A stretch of 64,000 nt of DNA from Planctomycetota bacterium (GTDB taxonomy: Bacteria; Planctomycetota; UBA1135), in assembly GCA_045047305.1 (NCBI GenBank), contig JASFYO010000002.1, positions 107,541 through 171,540 on the forward strand, given 5' to 3'. The translations under genes and the position numbers were made by a program. Below, in pieces: positions 19,242 through 28,708 of the stretch; position 1 is the first letter of the stretch; each line of letters begins with the position of its first letter. The notes below the pieces were generated by a model. That model saw only the letters and a program-made list of their open reading frames with translations. It was not told where the DNA came from and made no database searches.

Positions 19242-19760
19242 ATGGCGACGTTCCTTGAAGGCAATCCAGCGGATTCTGACGGTCGATTTGCGATCGTTGT
19301 TGCCCGCTTCAACGCAGACATCACCGAGTCTCTACTCGATGGATGCCTGCACACTCTCGCCCTACACGGCGTTGACCTCGACAACATTGATGTCGCACGT
19401 GTACCGGGTGCCTTTGAGCTACCCCTGACTTGCGACCGCCTCGCGCGCACTGGCCACTATGGTGCCGTCATTGCGCTTGGGTGTGTCATCCGCGGCGGCA
19501 CCCCACACTTTGATTATGTGTGTACTGAAACCAGTCGCGGCCTGATGGACGTAAATCTAGGCCACGGGATTCCCATCATTATGGGATTACTCACCTGCGA
19601 CGACCTCGCTCAGGCACAGTTTCGCGCCGACCGGGAAATGCTGCAAAGCAGTGATCAGGTTGAGCCTGGTCGCAGCACAAAGCAAACTCCACGTTCGAAT
19701 AAGGGTTCGGAATGCGCCGAAGCCGCCCTCGAGATGTCATCCCTCTTATCTCGGATCTAA
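19242..19760 (+). CDS. ribH: 6,7-dimethyl-8-ribityllumazine synthase
   Basis: IVVARFN, VPGAFELP, LGCVIRGGTPHFDYV, NKG. Start re-set to MATFLEG. Confidence 0.96.
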   Translation: MATFLEGNPADSDGRFAIVVARFNADITESLLDGCLHTLALHGVDLDNIDVARVPGAFELPLTCDRLARTGHYGAVIALGCVIRGGTPHFDYVCTETSRGLMDVNLGHGIPIIMGLLTCDDLAQAQFRADREMLQSSDQVEPGRSTKQTPRSNKGSECAEAALEMSSLLSRI

Positions 19761-19763
19761 ATC

Positions 19764-20375
19764 ATGGCTCCCGTTAGACGTCGTACGCGTGCGCGCGAAC
19801 TTGCACTTCAATTCCTGTACATGTTGGAGCTGCGTGGCAGTGAAGCCATGGAAGAATTGGTCCCATTCGTGGATCACCATACCAAGGGTTCCCGCGACAA
19901 AAAGGGTCGTGGCGAGCTAGCTGACTTCACCCTTACATTGGCACGTGGTGTGGTAGAGAACCGTGGCGAGCTCGATTGCTGGATTGAAGCGATTGCGCGA
20001 AACTGGCGTATCGATCGCATGGCGCACCTCGACCGCAATGTGTTGCGTTTGGCCGTCTATGAGTTGATCTTCGAGAAGGACACGCCCTACAAGGTGATCA
20101 TTAACGAAGCCATCGATATCGCCAAGCGCTTTTCGACTGCGCAGTCCGGCTCCTTTGTGAACGGCATCCTAGATCGAGCGCGCCTAATGATTGCCGAGGC
20201 CCGGGAGACTCCTGACAGCCATCCAACGCCACCCAAGGCTAAGGCGATCAGCGACACTCCTGCCGCAGCACATAGCGCGCGGTCGCAGGCTTCTCCTTCC
20301 GAGTCCATTCCCTTCTCCTCGGTTCCGGTGCCGCGTCCGCGAAAGCGCACAGCTCCTGCCGACGACCTCTCCTAA
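19764..20375 (+). CDS. nusB: Transcription antitermination factor NusB, with a low-complexity C-terminal tail
   Basis: RRRTRARELALQFLY, WRIDRM..LDRNVLRL, VIINEAIDIAKRF, FVNGILD. Confidence 0.95.
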   Translation: MAPVRRRTRARELALQFLYMLELRGSEAMEELVPFVDHHTKGSRDKKGRGELADFTLTLARGVVENRGELDCWIEAIARNWRIDRMAHLDRNVLRLAVYELIFEKDTPYKVIINEAIDIAKRFSTAQSGSFVNGILDRARLMIAEARETPDSHPTPPKAKAISDTPAAAHSARSQASPSESIPFSSVPVPRPRKRTAPADDLS

Positions 20376-20393
20376 GCCTCCCCCAGTCGATAC

Positions 20394-21323
20394 ATGGTTT
20401 TTGCACGGCTCAAAAAAGGACTTTCCCGCACCCGCAACCGCATTTCCAACGCCATGCGCCGCCTCGCTGGCGACAATAGCAAAGAGGAGACCTTGGATGC
20501 CCTGGAAGAGCTGCTTTACTCCGCCGACGTCGGTCCCCTGGCAACCGAATTGTTGGAGGAAGTGGAAGCTGAGTTGAACAAAGGCAACTTAGCCAGAGCC
20601 GGAGAAATGCCGGTTTGGTTACGTTCGAAGCTATTAGAAGTTGCGCAAGGCCCCGACGGCGACCCCCTTCCCCTCACCGCCGAATCCGGTCCGACCGTAG
20701 TTTTAGTGGTTGGAGTAAACGGATCCGGCAAGACCACCTCAATTGCCAAGCTTATTACTTGGTTGCGCAACCGCAATCAAAGCGTATTGGTTGCTGCCTG
20801 CGATACCTTCCGCGCGGCAGCCGTCGAACAGTTGGCGATTTGGTGTGAGCGCACTGATGTGGAACTGATCAAAGGCGAACAGGGATCCGACCCCGCAGCA
20901 GTCGCTCATGACGCAGCGCAGGCAGCGAAGGCGCGCGATGTCGATGTCCTTTTAGTCGACACGGCTGGGCGTCTGCACACGCAGAAAAACTTGATGAAGG
21001 AACTTGAGAAAGTTTCCCGCGTCATCGGACGTCAAATCGAAGGAGCTCCACACCACACTGTGTTAGTCCTCGATGCTACTACCGGCCAAAACGCCATTCA
21101 ACAAGCCCGCCAATTCGGTGAATCGGTACCGCTTTCTGGCGTGTTCCTAACCAAGCTGGATGGCACTGCCAAAGGTGGGGCTACGCTTTCCATCGGGCAT
21201 CAACTTGGGCTGCCGGTGCTCTTTGTCGGACTCGGTGAAAGCAAAGAAGATATCGAAGTCTTCGAGCCCGAATCCTTCCTCGACGCCTTGCTTGAGCCAC
21301 GCGCCGAGGAGGCAGAAGCCTGA
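20394..21323 (+). CDS. ftsY: SRP receptor GTPase FtsY (NG domains only)
   Basis: GVNGSGKTT, DTFRAAA, DTAGRL, LDATTGQNA, TKLDGTAKGG. Confidence 0.97.
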   Translation: MVFARLKKGLSRTRNRISNAMRRLAGDNSKEETLDALEELLYSADVGPLATELLEEVEAELNKGNLARAGEMPVWLRSKLLEVAQGPDGDPLPLTAESGPTVVLVVGVNGSGKTTSIAKLITWLRNRNQSVLVAACDTFRAAAVEQLAIWCERTDVELIKGEQGSDPAAVAHDAAQAAKARDVDVLLVDTAGRLHTQKNLMKELEKVSRVIGRQIEGAPHHTVLVLDATTGQNAIQQARQFGESVPLSGVFLTKLDGTAKGGATLSIGHQLGLPVLFVGLGESKEDIEVFEPESFLDALLEPRAEEAEA

Positions 21324-21340
21324 ACCGCGTAGAACGTTCC

Positions 21341-23206
21341 ATGCCATGGATGGCATCGGTTGCAGTCTTGCTACCCATGCTCACATGGTCTGCGTATCGC
21401 CTGGATGAATCACGTGCCGACGGCGCCGTATTCTCGATGTTGGCATTGGCCTTCACCGCCTTCACTTTGTGGAAGCAAAAGCGCATTGCCGTTCTACCTG
21501 GAAGTTTCCTGATTCTGGGCGCACTACTTTGCGGATTCATTCCGCTGCTCCGCCTTGCAAGTGGTAGCACTGGTTGGGCGCCAAGCCTTGGTGGTCTAGC
21601 GGACCGTGCACCACTACTTGCAGCCTGGGTGTTCGCCGCTGCTGCAGCCACATGGCAAGACCTCTCCGCCCGACGCCTCGCATTGCCCTTACTCTTTGGC
21701 GGTGGCATCGCGGCACTGCTTGGAATAGTCCAAGCCTTCGGTTGGGATCCACCCGGCTACGACTCGCTGCTTTCCATACGCCCGGCTTATCCATTCGCCG
21801 GACCGAGTCACGCAATCGAAGTGCAACTGCCACTCTTGCTGCTCGGTTTAGTTTTTCTACCTAAGGATTTACGCGAACGACGCATATTCTGGTTATTACT
21901 TGCTCCGATTGCCTTGCAGGTTGGTTATCTCGGGTCAAACGCAGGCCGCCTTGGCCTAATCGCTGCTTGTGCGTGGATGATCCTGCGACAACGCGCCCAT
22001 CGCCTCCCCATCATCAGCGCCTTGGTCTTAGTGGTCTGTGGCGAGCTCATGCGCAGCTTTCTCGGTGGTGCCAGCATCCTTCCGCCCGATTCCGCCCCTC
22101 GGGGTGTTTCGGTGCGCAAGGAAATCTACCTCGCATCCAGTGGTCACATCCTCACCACCCCGCTCGGTATCGGCATCGGACGCTTCGAATCGGATTATCC
22201 CGAATGGCGACCAGAGGAAGAAGCACGTCTAACCTCTGGCAACTGGGCAGACACCTCGAACCGGATCCCCAAAACCCCGCACCAAGAGTTCTTACTCACT
22301 GGATTGGAATTAGGCTGGGTCGGCAGTCTTTTATTAGCCGTGGCACTCTTACGCTTGGCGCGTGGACGCCGCGAAACCGGTGGCACAGAAGCTGTTTGGA
22401 TCGGCCTTGGAGTACTCGCCATGCTGCGCTCCCCTTTCAGCGACAACCCCGCTGCTTTAGGTATTGCCGCACTGCTTTTAGGCAGTGATTTACGCACTCT
22501 GGCTCCACAGATCCATTTTCGCGGGATGTCCTTATTACCTTTAGGGCTGGGAATCCTTGCTGTCACACCAGCATGGGCACAACTACGTGGTGAGCAGCAC
22601 GTCGCCGCAGCGGTTCAGGACCAGGAGTTCTTGGAGAAGCACTTAACAGCGGCAGTGGAAGCACGTCCGTGGGACAACCGCAGTTTGGTTCTGCTCGGGT
22701 CCTTCTATTTTGCCAACCAAGAGTTCGACGCCGCGCGCAACTGCTTCGACCGCGCATTGGTTTACAACCCCACTGACCTTGCCGCACTCACAGCCTACAT
22801 TAAGGTAGAGATGTTTGCGCCGGATGGCGACGAGGTACTCATGTTGCGCCTTCTTGCTCGCGGTGAAGAGTTCGCCCCGTTTCACCCCAGCGTGAAACAA
22901 GCGCGCATCCTATGGCTGCAGAGTTACAAGAAGGCCTTTTTGGATGAAGCGGTGCGCAGGATTCAAAAAGGTATTCCGAATGCTGGCCCTTGGTGGTTGG
23001 CAAACCATTTAGCCGAAGCATATATTGCTGCTGTGAATGGCAATGCGGAGGAGACCAAACAAGCTCTATTCCGTGCCTCGGCCTACGCCAAAGGCGGGAA
23101 CAAGGGTTTACTGGAACGAACCGCAGAACAACCCGCCTTAGAGCCGGATACCATCGCTGAGCTCACTCGCCGAGTGTTCCCGCAATGGCCACGAGTGGCT
23201 TATTAG
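21341..23206 (+). CDS. O-antigen ligase/Wzy_C-like membrane protein with a C-terminal TPR region
   Basis: Many TMs, SVRKEIY, PLGIGIGRF, PHQEFL..GLELGWVG and TPR-like LLGSFYF...AARNCFDRALVYNP. Confidence 0.7.
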   Translation: MPWMASVAVLLPMLTWSAYRLDESRADGAVFSMLALAFTAFTLWKQKRIAVLPGSFLILGALLCGFIPLLRLASGSTGWAPSLGGLADRAPLLAAWVFAAAAATWQDLSARRLALPLLFGGGIAALLGIVQAFGWDPPGYDSLLSIRPAYPFAGPSHAIEVQLPLLLLGLVFLPKDLRERRIFWLLLAPIALQVGYLGSNAGRLGLIAACAWMILRQRAHRLPIISALVLVVCGELMRSFLGGASILPPDSAPRGVSVRKEIYLASSGHILTTPLGIGIGRFESDYPEWRPEEEARLTSGNWADTSNRIPKTPHQEFLLTGLELGWVGSLLLAVALLRLARGRRETGGTEAVWIGLGVLAMLRSPFSDNPAALGIAALLLGSDLRTLAPQIHFRGMSLLPLGLGILAVTPAWAQLRGEQHVAAAVQDQEFLEKHLTAAVEARPWDNRSLVLLGSFYFANQEFDAARNCFDRALVYNPTDLAALTAYIKVEMFAPDGDEVLMLRLLARGEEFAPFHPSVKQARILWLQSYKKAFLDEAVRRIQKGIPNAGPWWLANHLAEAYIAAVNGNAEETKQALFRASAYAKGGNKGLLERTAEQPALEPDTIAELTRRVFPQWPRVAY

Positions 23207-23254
23207 GGCTCGATATTCCAGCTTTGTCCTCGATTTCAGGTTCCACCGGGGACC

Positions 23255-23296
23255 AAAGAAAACTGGCGAGCCATGTTGCCCATGGCTCGCCAGTTT
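23255..23296 (-). terminator. Rho-independent terminator between convergent genes
   Basis: Perfect 16-bp inverted repeat AAACTGGCGAGCCATG / CATGGCTCGCCAGTTT with a 5-nt loop, running into TTTTCTTT on the minus strand. Confidence 0.88.
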
Positions 23297-23321
23297 CGAT
23301 GACTCACAAAAGCCTAGAGGC

Positions 23322-25124
23322 CTAGAGGCCTAGATCATCCAGTTCATTGGCTTCGTTTTCGGTAACGACCTTGGTCAATCCGTAAAGGTTTGCCATGCCT
23401 TCGAAGGAAAGGACATCGGCCTGAAAACGTTGACTTGCGGCGGTGTAGGCAGCACGTTCAGCACGTTGACGTTCGGCTGGCCACATTTCATCCGGGTTGG
23501 CGGGACGACGCCCCTTCAACTGCGCAATGACAATGCCATTTTCACCGAAGTCCTCAGGACCAATCACCTCACCGTCGGTCAGAGTTTCCAACTCCAAACC
23601 TACACGGTAGCGCAGCATCGGCAGGATCTTGGCGTCGGCTGGCCAGATTGGGTCAGTGGTACGACGGATGGTGTGGGAAATCCAGCCCATTTGCTCAACC
23701 GCACGATCAGCGCCAGCAAGTGCAGCAGCGAAGGCATCGGCGTCCATGACCACGGGATCACCCTCGGCTTGGTCTTCGCCTTTTGGCAAAGCTTCGAGGA
23801 ATGCATCGGCGGCTTCTTTAGCCAAAACACCTTGTTGGGTTTCACGCCATAAAGCAATCACTTCATCCTTGATGTCCTCAAGTTCCGGCATAACCCGATC
23901 ACGACGCTCCAATGGGCGTGCGAGGTAAACCATGCCCTCGGTTTGAATCGGGGTTTGCACCCAGAAGTTGAGTTCTGCATTGAACAGGCGACGTAACTGC
24001 ATGTGCCCGATACGCTCGACATCAGGAAGATCGCTGTACGCGACCATTTCTTCTTGCTTCACGTATTCCGCGCCCTTCTCAGCTGCAAATGCGGCAGCGT
24101 CGGCGGCTTGTGGCAACTCCAAGGCGAGGGTAGTAATGGCCTTATGCAAAAGGTAATCACCACGGAGGCGATCACCAAGTTCTTCCACCGTTAGGTGATC
24201 ACCCAAGTCGGGATCGACCTCTTCGCCTTCTTTAGGCTCCGGGCGACGGTAAAGCGAGAAACGATTAACCTGGTAGAAACCGTCCAGAGCCTCCTGAGTG
24301 GGCTCTTCCGGAGTGAACCAAGCTTTCACGGCATCGCTTGCGAGCGCGTCGGCAGTAAGGATGAGCGAGTCGAAGGAAACCGCTTGCTCCACCTCGAGGT
24401 CACGACGCTGTAGTCCATTTAGGCCAGTGAGAAAGAATGTGTTGAGCTCTTCTTCTTCTGGCACTAAGGCTGCTGCTGCATCGGCGAAAGCCGATGCGTG
24501 CCATACGGCGTATTGCACATCCATCTCTTCATAATCCTTAGCCCATGCTGCAACGATTTCAGACTCCGAAGGCAGTGAGGCAGAGGCTAGGAAACCGACC
24601 AGCGTTTGCACGCGAAGCGAGGCGCGCACTTGCGCCTCAAACTGACGTGCATTGGCAAACCCAAGTCCGCGATAAGCGCGCTCGTATTCACCCGTGCTGA
24701 GTTGACCATAACCCCGCATACTGAGGAAAGCCTGAAGTTGGGTGTTAGTGACTACCACTTCCAACTCATCCGCAAGCAACATCAAAGCGGCATAAGTTAG
24801 GTTCGACTCGGTATCGTCGGCGTCTTCTGGAAACAGAAAAATGCCAAACTGCTCGCCCCAGCTGCGCAAGCGACTTGCATGCTGAGAATCTTGCACCGTG
24901 ATGTCGACCGTGCCACTTGGCAAGTTGACCGTGCCACGCACAGGGGGCCCGGAACCGAACCAACTGGTGATGACATCCGACATGGGGCCGGTGACTGAGA
25001 AAATCAACAGGCAGAACACCGCGACTCCACTAATAATCCAGCGTCGCAGCGGCGACATCGGTTTATGAGTGTGGACAGCGGCGTGTTGGTCGACCACTTT
25101 GGCCTTTTCGTGAGATTTCGACAT
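23322..25124 (-). CDS. Membrane-anchored PpiD/SurA-like periplasmic chaperone (divergent)
   Basis: N-terminal TM, a SurA-N-like pattern (ADELEVVVTNTQL...FEAQVRASL), EEMDVQYA, and PELEDIKDEVIALW. Size and layout resemble PpiD. Confidence 0.6.
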   Translation of the reverse strand: MSKSHEKAKVVDQHAAVHTHKPMSPLRRWIISGVAVFCLLIFSVTGPMSDVITSWFGSGPPVRGTVNLPSGTVDITVQDSQHASRLRSWGEQFGIFLFPEDADDTESNLTYAALMLLADELEVVVTNTQLQAFLSMRGYGQLSTGEYERAYRGLGFANARQFEAQVRASLRVQTLVGFLASASLPSESEIVAAWAKDYEEMDVQYAVWHASAFADAAAALVPEEEELNTFFLTGLNGLQRRDLEVEQAVSFDSLILTADALASDAVKAWFTPEEPTQEALDGFYQVNRFSLYRRPEPKEGEEVDPDLGDHLTVEELGDRLRGDYLLHKAITTLALELPQAADAAAFAAEKGAEYVKQEEMVAYSDLPDVERIGHMQLRRLFNAELNFWVQTPIQTEGMVYLARPLERRDRVMPELEDIKDEVIALWRETQQGVLAKEAADAFLEALPKGEDQAEGDPVVMDADAFAAALAGADRAVEQMGWISHTIRRTTDPIWPADAKILPMLRYRVGLELETLTDGEVIGPEDFGENGIVIAQLKGRRPANPDEMWPAERQRAERAAYTAASQRFQADVLSFEGMANLYGLTKVVTENEANELDDLGL

Positions 25125-25190
25125 GCTTAATGGGGCGTAGAGCCGTTTTCGCTAGCCGAGAAGTGTACCCCCTCCCAGCCAGCACGCCTA

Positions 25191-25880
25191 CTATTCGGCG
25201 CTTGGCTCCCCCTCAGGGGAGGAAGATTCTGGTTGTTCAGTAGATTCCGGCTTCGGTTCAACCGCAATCTGCTCGGCCGGGTTGGCCAGACGTCCGGCTT
25301 CGGGGAGATCATCTAGATCACGCAGGCCAAAGCGATCGAGGAAATCTTTGCTGGTGCCATATAAAAATGGACGTCCAGGCAAATCTGCGCGGCCGAGAAT
25401 ACGTACCAAGCGCAAATCCAACAGGTGGCGCAGGTGGGTTCCTGATTTCACACCGCGGATGGCGTCGATATCAGCCTTAAGAACCGGCTGGCGGTAAGCC
25501 ACGAGCGCCAAGACTTCGAGCCCGGCAGAGCCAAGACTCTCCTTCTGCGCAGTTTTACGCACCGCTTGGAGCGAATCGGCCATATCCTCACTGGTCAGTA
25601 GGCGCCAGCTGCGGCCGGCTTGATGCAGCACCAAAGGAAGATTGCGCTCTTCCATCCAGTTTTCCAGTGCCGCCAAATGCGCTCGTGGGCTGAAGTGCTC
25701 CAGCTCCTCGAGCACCGCCTCCGGGGTGCATTCCTTGTCTGCGCCCTCAGCCTCGGCCTTGTTTGGGGTCGGATAGAGCACCTGCCGAATCCGATCGAGG
25801 TTGACGGCTTCAGGTGAGGAGAACAACAGCGCGAACAAAAGACGCAGCTTGTCGTCGAAAATCTGTGGTTGCTTGTCCAC
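25191..25880 (-). CDS. scpB: SMC-Scp complex subunit ScpB
   Basis: ALLFSSPE, LEVLALVAYRQPV-KADIDAIRGVKS, GRADLPGRPFLYGTSKDFLDRFGLRDLDDLP. Start re-set to the GTG at 25880. Confidence 0.93.
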   Translation of the reverse strand: MDKQPQIFDDKLRLLFALLFSSPEAVNLDRIRQVLYPTPNKAEAEGADKECTPEAVLEELEHFSPRAHLAALENWMEERNLPLVLHQAGRSWRLLTSEDMADSLQAVRKTAQKESLGSAGLEVLALVAYRQPVLKADIDAIRGVKSGTHLRHLLDLRLVRILGRADLPGRPFLYGTSKDFLDRFGLRDLDDLPEAGRLANPAEQIAVEPKPESTEQPESSSPEGEPSAE

Positions 25881-25887
25881 AGTAGCT

Positions 25888-26802
25888 TCAGCGGGAGAAC
25901 TCAAAGGCTTGGGTCGGGCCGGAGAATGGTGAAAGACTCGTGGAAACAGTATAGCGACGGGACATCTTCTCAAACCAGGCCCGGGCTTCAAGAGCGTCGA
26001 TTGGCTGGTTTTTCAATTCTTCGAGCAGGATGGCGACGGGCGGAAGCTCGGTTTCAGGGTCCAATACTTCGGTGACAAGCCCTACGCGCCAACTGCGGTC
26101 GCCTTCCAGCTGGAGCGGTCCAATCACCTGGCCGACGCTTGGATTCTGAAGTTGCTCCCCCAACATGCCGGGGAGATCACGACTCACGGGTGGGTAGCTA
26201 CCATCTGGGCTGGGGCCAGCCAAGAGGGACTCTTCCACCATCGATTGTGGACTGCGGCCGGCCTTCAGCCCCGAGGCCCAGGAGCGAGCTTGCGCCTGAT
26301 CACCAGTGACAAACCAATACAGGCCTACGCGCCCACTTTGGCGAGCGTCCGCACGCAGAACGATTTGATAAAGCAGGTTGTCTGCGAGGTTTTGGCGGTA
26401 CAAGGGCTGCACTTCCCGCCACGAGGCATCGTGGCGGGCCAGCGCCCAGGCATCTGGATTTGTGTTGGCGCCGAGTTGGGCAACCAGACCCTGGGTGAAC
26501 TGAGTAAAGGCTTGGTCGATTCGTGACTCAGGAACCGATAATTCAAGACGCTCCGCTTCCAGCCTTGCCATTTGCGTGCGTACCAAACTGCGGGTCAATT
26601 CGGCCGACTCCGCCGGAAATACGAACGCCATTTGCGCGACAAAGGCGCGCAAATTTAATCCCGCTCCTTGGACCGCTACCCCAGCAACGCTTTGGTTACG
26701 CTGGACGCGTGATGTCCGCGAGTTGGGGAGCTCGTGCGTCGGCCCAGCTTGGCATGAAAACCCAAGGAGCAAAAGGCCGACAACTGCGAGGCGCGGCGTC
26801 AC
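25888..26802 (-). CDS. Lipoprotein with SurA-N/degenerate parvulin-like domains
   Basis: Lipobox LGFSC, EAERLELSVPESRID, VGQVIGPLQ. Confidence 0.55.
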   Translation of the reverse strand: MTPRLAVVGLLLLGFSCQAGPTHELPNSRTSRVQRNQSVAGVAVQGAGLNLRAFVAQMAFVFPAESAELTRSLVRTQMARLEAERLELSVPESRIDQAFTQFTQGLVAQLGANTNPDAWALARHDASWREVQPLYRQNLADNLLYQIVLRADARQSGRVGLYWFVTGDQAQARSWASGLKAGRSPQSMVEESLLAGPSPDGSYPPVSRDLPGMLGEQLQNPSVGQVIGPLQLEGDRSWRVGLVTEVLDPETELPPVAILLEELKNQPIDALEARAWFEKMSRRYTVSTSLSPFSGPTQAFEFSR

Positions 26803-28274
26803 TTGAAGCTGACGCTGCGCCTAACCTGAATACCGTGGCATGTCGGGCACTTCTTTTTCCGCTGACGTGCTCCATTCTGCGACACATCCATAATCTCGAT
26901 ATATCCACTTCCAGCACAAGTTTGGCAGAAAGTGAATTTAACCGCGATGACGTTGTAGTCTCCGGAGAACTCCGAGTAGTAAGCCAACATCCACTGGAAT
27001 CGCGAGGTCACCGATGCACGGCGCCACCAATCTTCAGGGCTCACATCTCCAGCGCCACCGGATGCCGAACGACGCGTGGCCTGAATGTTATCGAGGTAAC
27101 GCTTCATGCGATCCTCCATTTCCCGTTGCTGGTCTGACTTGCCGTCGTCCTTCTTTTCCTCTTCATCTTTGAGACCAACCGTGGCTCTTTCTGCACCCAG
27201 AATCCAAGTTCCGTCATTAAACCCTGCAGTATGTGCGGTTGGTGCGGTTTCGAGACGGGCGAGCCAACGCGCGTCAATGCTGCCGAGATCCAAATGAGAA
27301 TCCATGTCCTTCAGCTCGATTAACAACTGCTGACGCACAAGCAAGGGCACCTCCGTCTCCAACCAGCTACTAAGCTGATCCATAGCCACTCCCTTCTCTA
27401 GCGACTTACGTTTAAGCACCTTGACCACCCGACTAAACCAGTGACGCTCAAGGTAGCGTGTCACCGCAGCATCGCGACGTTCTTCAAAACGATCGGCCAG
27501 CTGCAAGTACTCACCGCGTAAAGGTGAGTCGCTGTGCTCTTGATCAAACTCCGCAAGTAAGCCTTCAGCCACGGTGTAGCGATCACGGTGCATCATTTGT
27601 CGAACCATGTCGAGTTTTTGCGCCTCGACGCGGTTCGCAATCGTGTCCTCTAACTTTGCCAGCGCCCCTTCGATACGGTTCAGTAGGGCGGTATCGCCTT
27701 CAGCCGAGGCGATTTCTTGGCTCAAAAGATAATGCGCTTTCGCTTCATCCAGGGCGAACATGACTTCGAGCTCTTGCGCAAAATCGAAGTGCGCAAAACG
27801 ACTTGTGCTATCGATTTTTGGCACGCGCTCAGCGTAGTACTGCTCCGGAGTGAGAATGGTAGAAGCCTCCACCACCACTTCTTCTGGCGGAGCGGCCAGG
27901 CGTGACTTCGGCACTAAGGAAGTGGTGTCACGTACGCGAATTTCTAGGTTGCGGTTATCTTCGCGCAACAAGCGGCCAATGATTTCACGTCCGTTCTGCA
28001 ACAACACGCGGTGGGCAGTGGTCATCGGAACTTGAGTTTGATTACGATAACCGAAGTTGTCGCGCAAACGCTCTGCTTCGCCAGGAAACAAGTCCCGCCA
28101 GGAGAGCTGATAACGACCACCATCCAGGGCGGTGGTTAACACGAGCCCGTCGAGATCATGCTCCACGATGGCACCCACCAACAGGCGGCCGTCACGCAGA
28201 CGCACGATTTGATCTTCGCCATTTTGTTGAACGGCAGGAATCAGTAAAGAAGTAAGAAGTATGGCGAGCATCAT
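26799..28274 (-). CDS. Secreted hypothetical protein with a C-terminal CxxCxGxG...CPxCxG zinc-finger-like motif
   Basis: Signal peptide, two repeats of V-L-D/NGR-I/L-G, a helical middle region, and FCQTCAGSG...KCPTCHG. Confidence 0.75.
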   Translation of the reverse strand: MMLAILLTSLLIPAVQQNGEDQIVRLRDGRLLVGAIVEHDLDGLVLTTALDGGRYQLSWRDLFPGEAERLRDNFGYRNQTQVPMTTAHRVLLQNGREIIGRLLREDNRNLEIRVRDTTSLVPKSRLAAPPEEVVVEASTILTPEQYYAERVPKIDSTSRFAHFDFAQELEVMFALDEAKAHYLLSQEIASAEGDTALLNRIEGALAKLEDTIANRVEAQKLDMVRQMMHRDRYTVAEGLLAEFDQEHSDSPLRGEYLQLADRFEERRDAAVTRYLERHWFSRVVKVLKRKSLEKGVAMDQLSSWLETEVPLLVRQQLLIELKDMDSHLDLGSIDARWLARLETAPTAHTAGFNDGTWILGAERATVGLKDEEEKKDDGKSDQQREMEDRMKRYLDNIQATRRSASGGAGDVSPEDWWRRASVTSRFQWMLAYYSEFSGDYNVIAVKFTFCQTCAGSGYIEIMDVSQNGARQRKKKCPTCHGIQVRRSVSFK

Positions 28275-28708
28275 TTTTTCTGGCCCTCTAGGAAACGCGC
28301 GATGGGGACACTCCGCTCAAGCAGAAATGTCACACGAGTCAAAACACGATCTGGAGACTTGCGGTAGAAACGTAGTTCGGCGCGACGCAAAAAAGGATTA
28401 TCCCCTTCGGGCCGCACAATGAGGTCGTAACGGTAAGCAGAAGCACCTGGTACCGCTTCTCCTTTAAGTTCCCGTAGACCGGTTGTTTTGCCTTTTTCGT
28501 CGACAATCCAAGCATTCTGGCGGACGTATTCCACCAAAGGCTCGATTGCCGGGGCAAGTTCAGCATGAACCCGAGCATCCTGCTCCAGATTACCACCGAC
28601 TTGGAATAGCCCCAAGATTGCGGTGATGCCAAACATAAAAATGGCGATGGCAATCACCACTTCGATTAGGGTAAAACCCTGCATAGGTTGCTTGACGTGC
28701 AATTTCAT
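28271..28708 (-). CDS. Minor (pseudo)pilin, GspI/PilV-like
   Basis: Class III signal QG/FTLIEVVIAIAIF, 145 aa. Confidence 0.85.
   Translation of the reverse strand: MKLHVKQPMQGFTLIEVVIAIAIFMFGITAILGLFQVGGNLEQDARVHAELAPAIEPLVEYVRQNAWIVDEKGKTTGLRELKGEAVPGASAYRYDLIVRPEGDNPFLRRAELRFYRKSPDRVLTRVTFLLERSVPIARFLEGQKK

Noticed and set aside
19620..20375. Insertion near the RibH C-terminus and Pro/Ser-rich NusB tail
   Set aside because: These are low-complexity loop/tail variations in otherwise ordinary housekeeping proteins.
23207..23256. CAGGTTCCACCGGGGACCA resembling a tRNA 3' end or attachment site
   Set aside because: There is no cloverleaf, no proper T-loop and no integrase nearby. It is only a short hairpin beside the terminator.
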